DNA of 62,235 bases from Candidatus Nomurabacteria bacterium (GCA_052035405.1 JBPOHQ010000005.1:1-62235), one strand, 5' to 3'. Counted from the stretch's first letter, positions 17,817 to 27,085 are shown. Translations and numbers: made by a program. The notes: generated by a model from the letters alone, not told the origin.

Positions 17817-20510
17817 TTAATATACAATTTTCAAACCAACTGAATCAGTCTTATCTGTTGTAAATCCAACAAGCACTAGACCAGGTAAAGTCTTTCTAAG
17901 AGACTTATTTCTATCATCGCATGAGTGATCTCCGTGATCAAAATCATCATCATCATCGTCGTCATCATGATAGTTTGAATTATTTTTCTTAGTCTTTTCA
18001 GTTATTTTTGTTACGTTGTTACTCTTCTTATATTCTCCAATAGTTCTATTTTTTCCTATACTTGCCTTCTCTTGCAAATTCTTTATAGATCCATCACCTG
18101 TTTTAGTGAAGTGATAGTTAAGCACTGCTCTACCAGACAAGTTCGACGAGAGCATATCATTGTACTTAATATAAGTAATAGAAACCTTTACTTTCTTATT
18201 AGTGTCTTGATATTTTGAGAATCCTATTTTAAGTGTATGTCCAGCTTCGTTTGTAACCAATGCGTAACTAGAAGTTATAACAGTAGTTGTGGGTATAGTA
18301 TCTATACCAGTCACAATCAAGTCCCCAGTAATAGGATCTAAGATAATGTTTGCCTCTGGCACAGAAGTATCAACTTTTATAGTTAATGTCTGCTCTGCTT
18401 CCGTATTACCAGCCTTGTCGATTGATCGATACAAAATAGTGCTTACTCCTTCATTAAAGGATATGGCTTCTGTGTACAGGTTCCAAGTAGAACCCCCGTC
18501 TAGTGAATATTCTGTATTTTCAATTAAGGAAGTAGTATCAGTACTTGCTAAAGTAACGGAAGCAACAGACTTATACCATCCGTTAGTACCTGCTGTTCCA
18601 GAAACAGTAGCAACTGTCACAGGTTTTACCGTATCTATTTTAAAAGTACTGGTTTGTATAGTCTCTGTATTACCAGCATTATTGACTGATCTATACAAAA
18701 CAGTAGAAATACCATCACTAAAGTTTAATGGAGTTGTGTACGTTACCCAAGTAGCACCATTATCTAATGAATACTCAGTTCTCAATATTCCAGACGGTTC
18801 ACTTACTGCATGTAAACTCAAAGTTACAGCCGTAGTATACCAATCATTAAGCCCAAGAACCCCTTCAATACTAGCTGTAGTAACTGGAGTATTACTATCC
18901 ACCTTAGTGGTTATGGTCTGACTGTCTTCTATATTACCAGCATTATCGACCGAACGATAAAGTACTGTATGTGTCCCAGAACCAAAACTTAATTGATCTT
19001 GATATAAATTCCAAGTAGCACCATTATCTAATGAATACTCAGTTTTAAATACTGAGGATATGTCATCCTCAGCTGTAAAATCCATTGCAGCACTAGATAC
19101 AATCCAACCATCTACACCTTCACTTCCAGCAATTATCGGTGTGGTTGTTGGTTTTTCTGTATCAACTTTTAGCACAAGAGCATGGCTAGATTCTATATTT
19201 CCTGCATTGTCTACAGAACGATACAACACAGAACTTGTGCCATTAGAAATAGTCAAAGAATCTGAATAAACACTAAAAGTAATACCACCATCTAGAGAAT
19301 ACTCAGTTTGGTAAATATTTGAATTTGTATCAACTGCAGACAAACTCAATACTACGTCAGATACATACCAATCATTTGTTCCCGAAGTACCGGTTACTGT
19401 GTGGGTGGTCACCGGAGCTGCGGAATCAACTTTTACAACAAGAGTCTGTGCGTCTTCAACGTTCCCTGCGTTGTCAGTAGCTTTATAAAGAATAGTGTGT
19501 GTTCCATCACCAAAACTAAGAGCGGTGCTATAAGTCATCCAAGTATTACCACTGTCTAACGAATAAGAAATACTTGAGACCCCTGAACCATCATCCGTAG
19601 CACTTAGAGCAACACTAGTAGGGCTCACATACCAATCATTTGTGCCCGAAGTACCGGTTACAGTAGATACGGTTATTGGTTTGGTTAAATCTGGTAATGC
19701 AAACGGAGTATAACCCAACCAAGGATAGAATAAGATTGCATCAGATACTGCGTCACCCAAACCAGTACTATTTTGACTTAAATTATAAGGACCAGTTGCA
19801 TTGCCCCAAAAATTATACATACCGTAGAAAGAGCCGCCCGCGTTATACCCTCCATATATAAAATTATTATGGATTGCATTTTGTTCTGCTACAACGGTAC
19901 CACCAACAAGATAGATCCCGTAATTATGATCACTTATTTCACTATGAGTAATAGTAGTATGACTGTTTTGTGTTGAAATACCTCTATCTCCATTCTTGGT
20001 TATCACAGCATTATCAATAACCAAATTCCCTGAAGAGAAATAATTATTTATAGCAGGAGCACCACCGGCACCGCCATAACGTACTATTATATTATCTAAA
20101 GTATTTGCAAAAGATACACTAGCAAAATAAATATTTTTCCAATCTCCTGCTTGGGGTGTGGTAGCGTCCCCATCACCATTAGTATCTCCTCCGACCGTAT
20201 CATCTTTATAAGAAGTAAAGTAGACTTTATCGGTAGAGTCTCCATACATAACAAGTTTACCATTATTGACTAATATACCAGAATTCTCATCTTTAAATTT
20301 AACAACAACACCTCTGTCTATATACAACGTACGTCCTGGGTTAATACTAAACAAACCATCTACCACATAAGGACTATTTGCCAAAGCCCATTGTGAATCG
20401 CTCGTTATTGTTCCTGATACAACAGTAGCAGCTTCAACACTGCTGTTTACAAAAAAAACACCAAATAAAAACAAGGCAGCTATGAAAACACTTTTAAAAA
20501 CTTTATACAT
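17817..20510 (-). CDS. large secreted protein: N-terminal parallel beta-helix region, six tandem ~95-aa Ig-like (OmpL47-type) domains, C-terminal poly-Asp/His segment
   Basis: 897 aa with a signal peptide. The unit ...GTSGTNDWYVS...L.A.D..S......YSLD.G.TW..Y...L.F..G....LYRSVDNAGN.E... recurs 6 times. Contains HDDDDDDDDFDHGDH. Confidence 0.9.
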   Translation of the reverse strand: MYKVFKSVFIAALFLFGVFFVNSSVEAATVVSGTITSDSQWALANSPYVVDGLFSINPGRTLYIDRGVVVKFKDENSGILVNNGKLVMYGDSTDKVYFTSYKDDTVGGDTNGDGDATTPQAGDWKNIYFASVSFANTLDNIIVRYGGAGGAPAINNYFSSGNLVIDNAVITKNGDRGISTQNSHTTITHSEISDHNYGIYLVGGTVVAEQNAIHNNFIYGGYNAGGSFYGMYNFWGNATGPYNLSQNSTGLGDAVSDAILFYPWLGYTPFALPDLTKPITVSTVTGTSGTNDWYVSPTSVALSATDDGSGVSSISYSLDSGNTWMTYSTALSFGDGTHTILYKATDNAGNVEDAQTLVVKVDSAAPVTTHTVTGTSGTNDWYVSDVVLSLSAVDTNSNIYQTEYSLDGGITFSVYSDSLTISNGTSSVLYRSVDNAGNIESSHALVLKVDTEKPTTTPIIAGSEGVDGWIVSSAAMDFTAEDDISSVFKTEYSLDNGATWNLYQDQLSFGSGTHTVLYRSVDNAGNIEDSQTITTKVDSNTPVTTASIEGVLGLNDWYTTAVTLSLHAVSEPSGILRTEYSLDNGATWVTYTTPLNFSDGISTVLYRSVNNAGNTETIQTSTFKIDTVKPVTVATVSGTAGTNGWYKSVASVTLASTDTTSLIENTEYSLDGGSTWNLYTEAISFNEGVSTILYRSIDKAGNTEAEQTLTIKVDTSVPEANIILDPITGDLIVTGIDTIPTTTVITSSYALVTNEAGHTLKIGFSKYQDTNKKVKVSITYIKYNDMLSSNLSGRAVLNYHFTKTGDGSIKNLQEKASIGKNRTIGEYKKSNNVTKITEKTKKNNSNYHDDDDDDDDFDHGDHSCDDRNKSLRKTLPGLVLVGFTTDKTDSVGLKIVY
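18350..19690 (-). repeat. six tandem ~285-bp coding repeats (protein-domain repeats)
   Basis: Periodic reuse of the ...LYRSVDNAGN.E... motif in the translated ORF. The repeats are diverged at DNA level. Confidence 0.7.
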
Positions 20511-20516
20511 AAAATG

Positions 20517-20522
20517 ATTATG
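20517..20522 (-). promoter_or_regulatory. -10 box CATAAT, 6 nt upstream of ATG 20510
   Basis: rc of 20517-20522 = CATAAT. Confidence 0.35.
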
Positions 20523-20766
20523 GAAAATAAATTATTGTTAATAAATACTATCTTAAACAGATTTATGAACCTTTCTGCAAACATATTAAATTTTCAAAAA
20601 ACAAGACAAGCGAAAAAAGTGTGTAAAACTACACACCCTTTATAAAAGGAGAAATATATACCGGATGAAAGACAACAATCGAAGGTAAAATCGGTAAAAA
20701 TTTTTGGTAAAAATTTTTCACTTACTTTTCGCTTATCTAAAACCCTAACTACTCATCTATTATAAA

Positions 20767-20803
20767 CAATAAAAAACCTATTGTACAATAGGTTTTTTAT
20801 TGA
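20767..20803. terminator. palindromic terminator after the DsbB-like gene
   Basis: CAATAAAAAACCTATTG-ta-CAATAGGTTTTTTATTG. Confidence 0.7.
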
Positions 20804-20828
20804 AGTATGTATATATGTGTGTCCTATT

Positions 20829-21383
20829 TTAAAATAAAGAATTATTTTTTCTATAAAAATGAGACACTATCACAAGGGTAAGCATTGCAAACACAGTGGT
20901 TAAAGAAAGCATTGGGATTGAAATATAGCCACCAAATTCTGAGACCAGTTGTTGATAGCAAGAAACTCCAGAAGCATCACATGGCAAATTTGAAGTCTCG
21001 GCAAAATAATAATTTAAGTTATGGTATGCAGAAACCAAAACCCCAAGAGACAAGAGCGGTAATGCGTATTTTATAACCTTGCGATCTTTATCCCACAATG
21101 CCACACCAAAAAGTACTACTTGTGGATACATAAAGATTCTAGCCCACCAGCACAAGTAACAAGCAGCATAGTTAATAACTTCTGAATACAACAAAGAGAA
21201 CAATGCAGCTGATACAGATATGAAGAATCCAATAGGAAGGAAGTGTTTATCAACAAAATCTAAAAAGACATTTTTCTTTGCACCGAAGAAAACTAAAAAT
21301 AAAGCAACTAAAGAAAAGAGTTGAAGTACTATTGCACCAACTCCTAACACCATATTTAAATAATGCACATTTTCTGGGTTCAT
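20829..21383 (-). CDS. disulfide bond formation protein B family (DsbB/BdbC-like) membrane oxidoreductase
   Basis: 184 aa with 4+ TM helices, a CxxC in ACYLCWWARIFMYP and a second Cys pair PCDASGVSC. Confidence 0.8.
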   Translation of the reverse strand: MNPENVHYLNMVLGVGAIVLQLFSLVALFLVFFGAKKNVFLDFVDKHFLPIGFFISVSAALFSLLYSEVINYAACYLCWWARIFMYPQVVLFGVALWDKDRKVIKYALPLLSLGVLVSAYHNLNYYFAETSNLPCDASGVSCYQQLVSEFGGYISIPMLSLTTVFAMLTLVIVSHFYRKNNSLF

Positions 21384-21390
21384 ATATTAT

Positions 21391-21786
21391 TTACTCAGTT
21401 GGGAGTACGCAACTCGTCTTTTCTGCTAATTGTTCTAATGGAACCTCACCACTTAAACGACTTCCATCTGCAAATTCCCATGTAGGATATCCAGTTATAT
21501 TTTTATCGAGACAAATTTGTGTCTGCCCGTTACCATCAGCCGTAGAGCATTCTACATATGGAAGTAATTTCGCAGATTTACCAAAAGCTTTTTTTTGTGC
21601 CTGACAATGAGGACACCAAAAAGCCCCATAAAAGGTTGCACCTGCATCCTTAAGACAAGTAGCAAATGTATCGTATTTGCCGGGCTCAGTTGAAGTAGTC
21701 TGATCATTTCTAACAATAACCGTAACAATAGTACCTATAATTAAAAGGAAAATAACTGAAATAAAGATTTTTGCATTAGTGTTCAT
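21391..21786 (-). CDS. membrane-anchored thioredoxin-like protein (VKOR-partner-type Trx domain, WCPHC)
   Basis: 131 aa with an N-terminal TM anchor and FYGAFWCPHCQAQKKAFG, the motif seen in Trx domains fused to VKOR. Confidence 0.8.
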   Translation of the reverse strand: MNTNAKIFISVIFLLIIGTIVTVIVRNDQTTSTEPGKYDTFATCLKDAGATFYGAFWCPHCQAQKKAFGKSAKLLPYVECSTADGNGQTQICLDKNITGYPTWEFADGSRLSGEVPLEQLAEKTSCVLPTE

Positions 21787-21792
21787 GGGCCT

Positions 21793-21801
21793 ATTTTAGC
21801 A
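21793..21801 (-). promoter_or_regulatory. extended -10 TGcTAAAAT, 6 nt upstream of ATG 21786
   Basis: rc of 21793-21801 = TGCTAAAAT. Confidence 0.45.
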
Positions 21802-21805
21802 ATTT

Positions 21806-22210
21806 CTACAAATTTAAGCAATTGAAGATTTTAGGTAAAAAAATGATTATTCCGATAATCGCAGCCATGATTGCCGCCAAGAGAACAGCTCCTGCTGCGA
21901 CATCTTTAGTGTCTCTGGCATATGGGTGATACTCTGGTGAGGTTAAGTCTATATCTATCTCTATCGCAGTGTTAAAAGCCTCAGCTACAATGACTATCCC
22001 AATAGCAAAGACAATAGCAAGCCACTCAGCATGAGAAATACTAAAAAAGAAACCTAAACATACCACAAGAAAAGCAAAAAAAAGATGCAGCCATGCATTG
22101 TGAGTGGTCTTAAACAATAGCATTACTCCTCGCCATGCATGCGTAGCACTTTTTATGCGAGCAATTACAGAAAATCTCTTTTTGCCTTTTACTTGCAGTG
22201 ACTCATTCAT
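21806..22210 (-). CDS. dgkA: diacylglycerol/undecaprenol kinase (DgkA family)
   Basis: 134 aa with 3 TM helices and the motifs AEAFNTAIE and KDVAAGAVLLAA. Confidence 0.85.
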   Translation of the reverse strand: MNESLQVKGKKRFSVIARIKSATHAWRGVMLLFKTTHNAWLHLFFAFLVVCLGFFFSISHAEWLAIVFAIGIVIVAEAFNTAIEIDIDLTSPEYHPYARDTKDVAAGAVLLAAIMAAIIGIIIFLPKIFNCLNL

Positions 22211-22236
22211 AACACCCTTATTATATCATCCTCAAA

Positions 22237-22273
22237 CAAAAAAAGACTACTCAGCTGAGTAGTCTTTTTTTGT
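22237..22273. terminator. palindromic terminator
   Basis: ACAAAAAAAGACTACTCAGCTGAGTAGTCTTTTTTTGT. Confidence 0.7.
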
Positions 22274-22629
22274 TATTTTGTATTATAGTAAAATTTTTCA
22301 CTTATCACTTTTCCATCCTTCCAGTGTTGTACAGCCACTTGAGTTCGAGCAATACGACCCCAATCTTTATGGGTTACATCCATAAAAGATTCTATTGTTG
22401 AGTAATTATCACCAACCGCAATGCCTAATGTTTTAGCATCGTGAACTTCAACAACACCATTCACAAAAGCCTCTTCGTATCCCCTGTTTGCATCTTTACC
22501 AACTCTTGGAGCATCTTCATTTTCTTGCATAACTACATCTTCTGCATAATATTTTTCAAATGCCTCTAAAATTTTACCTTCACCAATCATCCTTGCTAAA
22601 TCTTCTACTAACATTTTTGTATTTTCCAT
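22273..22629 (-). CDS. SnoaL-like / NTF2-fold protein
   Basis: 118 aa. Cone-fold pattern (FEKYYAEDVVMQEN...VAVQHWKDGKVISEKFYY). Confidence 0.7.
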   Translation of the reverse strand: MENTKMLVEDLARMIGEGKILEAFEKYYAEDVVMQENEDAPRVGKDANRGYEEAFVNGVVEVHDAKTLGIAVGDNYSTIESFMDVTHKDWGRIARTQVAVQHWKDGKVISEKFYYNTK

Positions 22630-22633
22630 ATTC

Positions 22634-22909
22634 TTATTTTTTATTTAATTTAATAATTTGACCTTCAATTAAAGCACGTGATACTTTTTTATAAGCAGAA
22701 GATAAAATCCTCTGAAAAGTACTTTGAGAAATTCCCATTTTCTTTGCAGATTCTTTTTGATCAAGCCCTACAATGTTTTTTAAACGCAAGGCCTCTGCTT
22801 CTTCACGTTCTATCTCTACGAGCTCCACACTCTTAGTGCATCCTTCGGGTTTAAATTCCTCGTATTTAGGACATGGGCCCATTTTTTTATCACACTTTGG
22901 TCTAACCAT
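22634..22909 (-). CDS. DUF134 (UPF0251) putative DNA-binding protein
   Basis: 91 aa with FKPEG...EEAEALRLKNIVGLDQKESAKKMGISQSTFQRILSSAYKKVSRAL, a sigma-70 region-4-like HTH. Confidence 0.8.
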   Translation of the reverse strand: MVRPKCDKKMGPCPKYEEFKPEGCTKSVELVEIEREEAEALRLKNIVGLDQKESAKKMGISQSTFQRILSSAYKKVSRALIEGQIIKLNKK

Positions 22910-23084
22910 ATGATTTTGCGAATCATGTCGCGTAAGTCGTTTTGATGCGACCTACACTTTGCAAACTTGCTTTTAATGTCGACCTCCTATATTATGAATA
23001 TATACCCATAACTGTATTAAGTCAAATAAAAAGTTTGTGGATAAATATAAAATTATGATTATAAATTAACTTGATTACAAATAT

Positions 23085-23726
23085 ATGCAAAACAATCGAG
23101 AAAAAAGAGAAGAAATATTACAAGCACTTAGTTGGCGATACGCTACACAAGTATTCGATAAAGAAAAGAAGGTGGACGAAGAAGATATTCACACAATTCT
23201 TGAAGCAGCACGACTATCTCCTAGTCCTTTTGGCATAGAACCATGGAAATTTTTAATCATTAAAAACCCAGAACTCCGAGCAAAGGTAGGCAAACAACCT
23301 AAAATGACAGAAGCATCTCATCTTATCGTCATCACCTACCGTACGGATGTGGTAGAAAACATAACTCGTGAGAGACTTGAAAGAACAGCGAAAATTCAAA
23401 ATCAAAAAATAGAAGAACTTGATGGACTCAAAAAGAGCATAGAAAGTACGATACAAAAAAAAGAAGTTGAGGGTAGCCTGGAATCATGGATTCGTTCTCA
23501 GTCATATATACCTCTAGGAATTATGATAGAGACAGCATCCTTACTTGGGATAGATAATGGACCCATGGAAGGCTTTGATCCACAAACAGTAGACGAAATG
23601 CTGGAACTGAAAGAAAAAAACCTAAAATCACTCACCATGCTCGCACTTGGATACAGAGGTGAAGATCCAACAGCACTAAGACCTAAAGTAAGAAGAAGTT
23701 TTGATGAAGTAGTGGAGATAATGTAA
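23085..23726 (+). CDS. nitroreductase family NAD(P)H-dependent oxidoreductase
   Basis: 213 aa with RYATQVFDKEKKVDEEDIHTILEAARLSPSPFGIEPWKF, typical of the nitroreductase fold. Confidence 0.85.
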   Translation: MQNNREKREEILQALSWRYATQVFDKEKKVDEEDIHTILEAARLSPSPFGIEPWKFLIIKNPELRAKVGKQPKMTEASHLIVITYRTDVVENITRERLERTAKIQNQKIEELDGLKKSIESTIQKKEVEGSLESWIRSQSYIPLGIMIETASLLGIDNGPMEGFDPQTVDEMLELKEKNLKSLTMLALGYRGEDPTALRPKVRRSFDEVVEIM

Positions 23727-23728
23727 GG

Positions 23729-23765
23729 CAATAAAAAAATGGAACATTGTTCCATTTTTTTATTG
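23729..23765. terminator. palindromic terminator shared by convergent genes
   Basis: CAATAAAAAAATGGAACA-ttg-TTCCATTTTTTTATTG. Confidence 0.7.
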
Positions 23766-24944
23766 ATATTGAATATATATCGGCCTTGGATTCAATTTCA
23801 TAAGTTCTTTGGGTTCAAAGATAACAGTATTTGGTTCTTTAATATCGTTCTTATAAAAAAGCTTAAATCCAGCAAATTGCACTGGTTCAGGAACGATAAA
23901 ATTCTTATACGTACCTATTTTTTTATCCTTTCCTCCCCAACCATCCATATTAATAACAACTTGTACTTCGGGGGTTGGTTTTATTTTTGAACTGTTGGTT
24001 AACATTTTTTTCGTATATCTATGGACGATTAAAATTTTTGGCGGCAAGTTATTCTCTTGTACTATTTTAGAAAGATAATTTACTGAATAATTAACATCTG
24101 CTTCCCCGTCCATAGTACCAACCACAGTTCCAGGCTTAGCCCCAGTTTTCATAGAGAACTCTGGATCGATTCCGAGGTGCACATTTGGCATCTTTAAATA
24201 CTTTTCAAATTTTGGTAACTCTGTTTGTATATCTGAAAGTGCTACTTGAATATCAATAAAAACAATAGCGTTTATTTTTTCAGCCATCTTTAAAACTTTA
24301 TCTATCTCCGTGTCTGGCATACGAAATCTATATTTTCCATCTGTTCCAGCAGAACCCTGAGCAACAACTGCTATATAGTGCAGTGCAGGTATCACAGGAG
24401 TCTCTGGATCTGCAAGCTTCCACTTTTCTACTTCCTGTTGGAGTTTAGCAAGCATTATGTCTTCTTCATATTCACCAAGTACTCCCATCTTTGTAGAATA
24501 TAAATTCCCGTAATATGCGACAATTCTATTGAACGGCAGTAGTGCTCCAGCGTTTGGATACACGGTTTTTACAGGCCATTTATCGATGCGAGGATTAGCG
24601 GGTATCACGGTTTCAGTAACCGTACCGTCAGGATTTTTTACTTTTTTTATAGTCGGCTGTGGTTGCGGAGGATTATTAGCAAGTAGAGTCATTCGTCTGT
24701 CATAATCACCTGTATCTAAAACAGCGACTTCGGGTACATTGTCCTTCTCTCCCAGAACGTTGCCAATACTACTCAATAAACTTTCTTTTTTTTCTTCTTT
24801 TTTACCTTTCTCGTAAGATATATTACTTATAGTCGCAGGAGCGATAAAGAAAATAAAAATAAAAATAGAGAAGACAGAAACACCATGCCAAAAATATTTG
24901 GTTTTTCTTAAATCTTTTATTCCTGTCTTCAGTTCTCGTAACAT
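23760..24944 (-). CDS. membrane-anchored hypothetical protein
   Basis: 394-aa ORF with an N-terminal TM helix. TGaTATACT (24952-24960) ends 7 nt before the ATG. Confidence 0.8.
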   Translation of the reverse strand: MLRELKTGIKDLRKTKYFWHGVSVFSIFIFIFFIAPATISNISYEKGKKEEKKESLLSSIGNVLGEKDNVPEVAVLDTGDYDRRMTLLANNPPQPQPTIKKVKNPDGTVTETVIPANPRIDKWPVKTVYPNAGALLPFNRIVAYYGNLYSTKMGVLGEYEEDIMLAKLQQEVEKWKLADPETPVIPALHYIAVVAQGSAGTDGKYRFRMPDTEIDKVLKMAEKINAIVFIDIQVALSDIQTELPKFEKYLKMPNVHLGIDPEFSMKTGAKPGTVVGTMDGEADVNYSVNYLSKIVQENNLPPKILIVHRYTKKMLTNSSKIKPTPEVQVVINMDGWGGKDKKIGTYKNFIVPEPVQFAGFKLFYKNDIKEPNTVIFEPKELMKLNPRPIYIQYQ

Positions 24945-24992
24945 TTAAAGAAGTATATCAGAAATTGATTAAAAAGGCTTTTATTTCGTAAC

Positions 24993-25997
24993 TTAATTAC
25001 TATTTACTAAGAATTTAAAACTAGCTATTATGCTTTCGAATTCATTGGTAACTTTTACTTTATCAAATTCCTTAATACCTTGGTCTGGAGAATACGCTCC
25101 TATATTTGTAGAATGTATAGTGTATTCTATAGCGTAACAGTCCCCATCGAGAAGTCCTCTGTAGCTTGTTGTTTCATAGAAATTTCCTGCACCTGCATCT
25201 CCGAGAGTAAACTTAGTAAACGGATACCCGTTAATGGTAACTGTCCCCGCTTTTATCTCGCCATTGGTTGCAATAGTACCACATGACTTTATTTCTTTTG
25301 GATCAGTTGAAGCACCTATCGTCATATATGCATTTGAGAAATTAGTACCAGGCATAAAAACTTTTGGTATAGACACATGAGCGAGTTGCATGCCTTTTTG
25401 TTTTGTATTCACTCTCCAGTCAGTATCCGGTACATTTTGTGACTGATCCCTCTGAAATACTTTAAAGAAAGGGTTGTACTGAAAAGTAAATTTATTACTT
25501 GCTTCAGTAAAGATCTCTCTGCAGTCGTTAGACTTTATAAAAGTACTGTTTGGATCATAATTAATCTTTGTTAAGTCTTCAAAGTATTCTACCCCTTCCA
25601 TTGTCATAGAAGTCACACCAAAACCTCGAACGAATTTTTCTCCTTCTTTTTTAAAGATAACTTGAACTTCTGAATTCATGCCTTCAGAAGCAAATACATA
25701 ATTCGCTAACAATATGCCGTCTTTGTATGTACCAGTAAAAGCACCAGACGAGCTGTCTTTTTCATAATTATTAAAGGCAAGTTTTCCAGACACGATTCCG
25801 TCTTTCTCTGAATCAATACTTAATACATAAACGTCTTTGCTAAGCTTAGATACGTAACAACCTTTTATGTCTTCACTTTTAACTATTGGAATATTTTCAT
25901 TTACTAAAACAGGATCTTTACTATTAAATGCATATAGCATCACTGCTAAAACTAATATCAACCCCGCCCAAACTATTATTTTATGTTTATTTTCCAT
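24993..25997 (-). CDS. membrane-anchored hypothetical protein
   Basis: 334-aa ORF with N-terminal TM helix IIVWAGLILVLAVMLYAF. Confidence 0.8.
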   Translation of the reverse strand: MENKHKIIVWAGLILVLAVMLYAFNSKDPVLVNENIPIVKSEDIKGCYVSKLSKDVYVLSIDSEKDGIVSGKLAFNNYEKDSSSGAFTGTYKDGILLANYVFASEGMNSEVQVIFKKEGEKFVRGFGVTSMTMEGVEYFEDLTKINYDPNSTFIKSNDCREIFTEASNKFTFQYNPFFKVFQRDQSQNVPDTDWRVNTKQKGMQLAHVSIPKVFMPGTNFSNAYMTIGASTDPKEIKSCGTIATNGEIKAGTVTINGYPFTKFTLGDAGAGNFYETTSYRGLLDGDCYAIEYTIHSTNIGAYSPDQGIKEFDKVKVTNEFESIIASFKFLVNSN

Positions 25998-26035
25998 GTA
26001 TATTATGACGTGATTTATTACTAAATGTTACAAAA

Positions 26036-26407
26036 TTATTTTTTAACTGTCCCTGCTTCTTTATTTCTATATTTAATAATCTTATTTATAAGCGGCATAG
26101 GCAAAGGTGTTCCTATCGGAAATTGTATAGCTCCTTTTGATGTTTTGTATTTTGCTAACTCTTTTTTAAAAGCGGCTATCGGGCCAGGAGTCGGATAAAA
26201 TCCGATGTGTTTCCCGTAGGCCGCGAAATGTAAGAAGTTTTTATCATTAAGTCTAATAGTCGGCATACCATATCGTATGGCGTCTTCCCCTTTTGGAATA
26301 AGCTTTTTTATAGTAGCTCTCAGTAAAATTAAATCTTTTTGGACTTCCTTAGGGAAACTTTTTATATACTCGTCAATATTTTTAAAATTTTTCATTGGAG
26401 TTTTCAT
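26036..26407 (-). CDS. DUF1801 (YdhG-like) domain protein
   Basis: 123 aa with IDEYIKSFPKEVQ...IRYGMPT...FAAYGKHIGFYP...GAIQFP. Confidence 0.75.
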   Translation of the reverse strand: MKTPMKNFKNIDEYIKSFPKEVQKDLILLRATIKKLIPKGEDAIRYGMPTIRLNDKNFLHFAAYGKHIGFYPTPGPIAAFKKELAKYKTSKGAIQFPIGTPLPMPLINKIIKYRNKEAGTVKK

Positions 26408-26434
26408 ATAAAATATAGTATACCAAAATCCTTG

Positions 26435-27085
26435 TTAAGAAATAAATCTGAAAATATCTTCATCGTAACAAACAGAAGGCCAGAACTCTTCTTTATTAAA
26501 TTGATTTATATATACTCCGCTTTCCCAATCTTCTATTCCTTTTGATTCATCGATCAATCTTTCACTAAGTGCACTTTTGTATGCTGCACTGTCTGGTACA
26601 TGATTGAATAGAATCTCCTCTGCAACGATAGGGATGAAAGTTATATGTAATCCAGCAAAAATATCTGCTGCTAGTCTACTAACTCTAGGAATATGATACT
26701 CGTTAGTTATGAGGTATATAGTCCTGTTTTTTAAAAAATCTTTTCCTTTTATTTTATTAAATATTTTCTTCACAGCCCAAAGATTTCCTAGAGATGTTTC
26801 TTCTGATTGAACCCGGACAAGTCTTGGATAACGAGAAAATCCTCCTTTTCTAAAAGATTCTTCTAAGAAACTTTTCATATCGTTTACTTTTTTCTCGCTT
26901 CCTCCAACTAAAATATATGTATCAACTTGCTGAGCAATATCTCTTGATGCATTCATTCTTGTTTGACCTCCGAGATATATCGCTCTATTTTTTTTATAAA
27001 TTATTTCTTCAAATTCCCCTTTCTCATTTCTCTCGCTCGCATTAAAAAGAATTACAGTAGAATACTTCCTTTGATTATCAGTCAT
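26435..27085 (-). CDS. YdcF/DUF218 (ElyC/SanA-like) family protein
   Basis: 216 aa with SEETSLGNL and IYLITNEYHIPRV motifs. Confidence 0.65.
   Translation of the reverse strand: MTDNQRKYSTVILFNASERNEKGEFEEIIYKKNRAIYLGGQTRMNASRDIAQQVDTYILVGGSEKKVNDMKSFLEESFRKGGFSRYPRLVRVQSEETSLGNLWAVKKIFNKIKGKDFLKNRTIYLITNEYHIPRVSRLAADIFAGLHITFIPIVAEEILFNHVPDSAAYKSALSERLIDESKGIEDWESGVYINQFNKEEFWPSVCYDEDIFRFIS

Noticed and set aside
18289-18921. 210-aa plus-strand ORF, with other antisense ORFs (19060..19269, 47803..48024, 52943..53623, 42286..42651, 8418..8705).
   Set aside because: They are antisense to long, well-supported genes, with low-complexity composition mirroring the sense-strand repeats. No independent signals support them.
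17817-20510. Tandem repeats as a CRISPR array or a DGR variable/template repeat pair.
   Set aside because: The repeats are in-frame ~285-bp protein-domain units with no spacer structure. No reverse transcriptase, cas gene or adenine-specific mismatch pattern is visible anywhere in the window.
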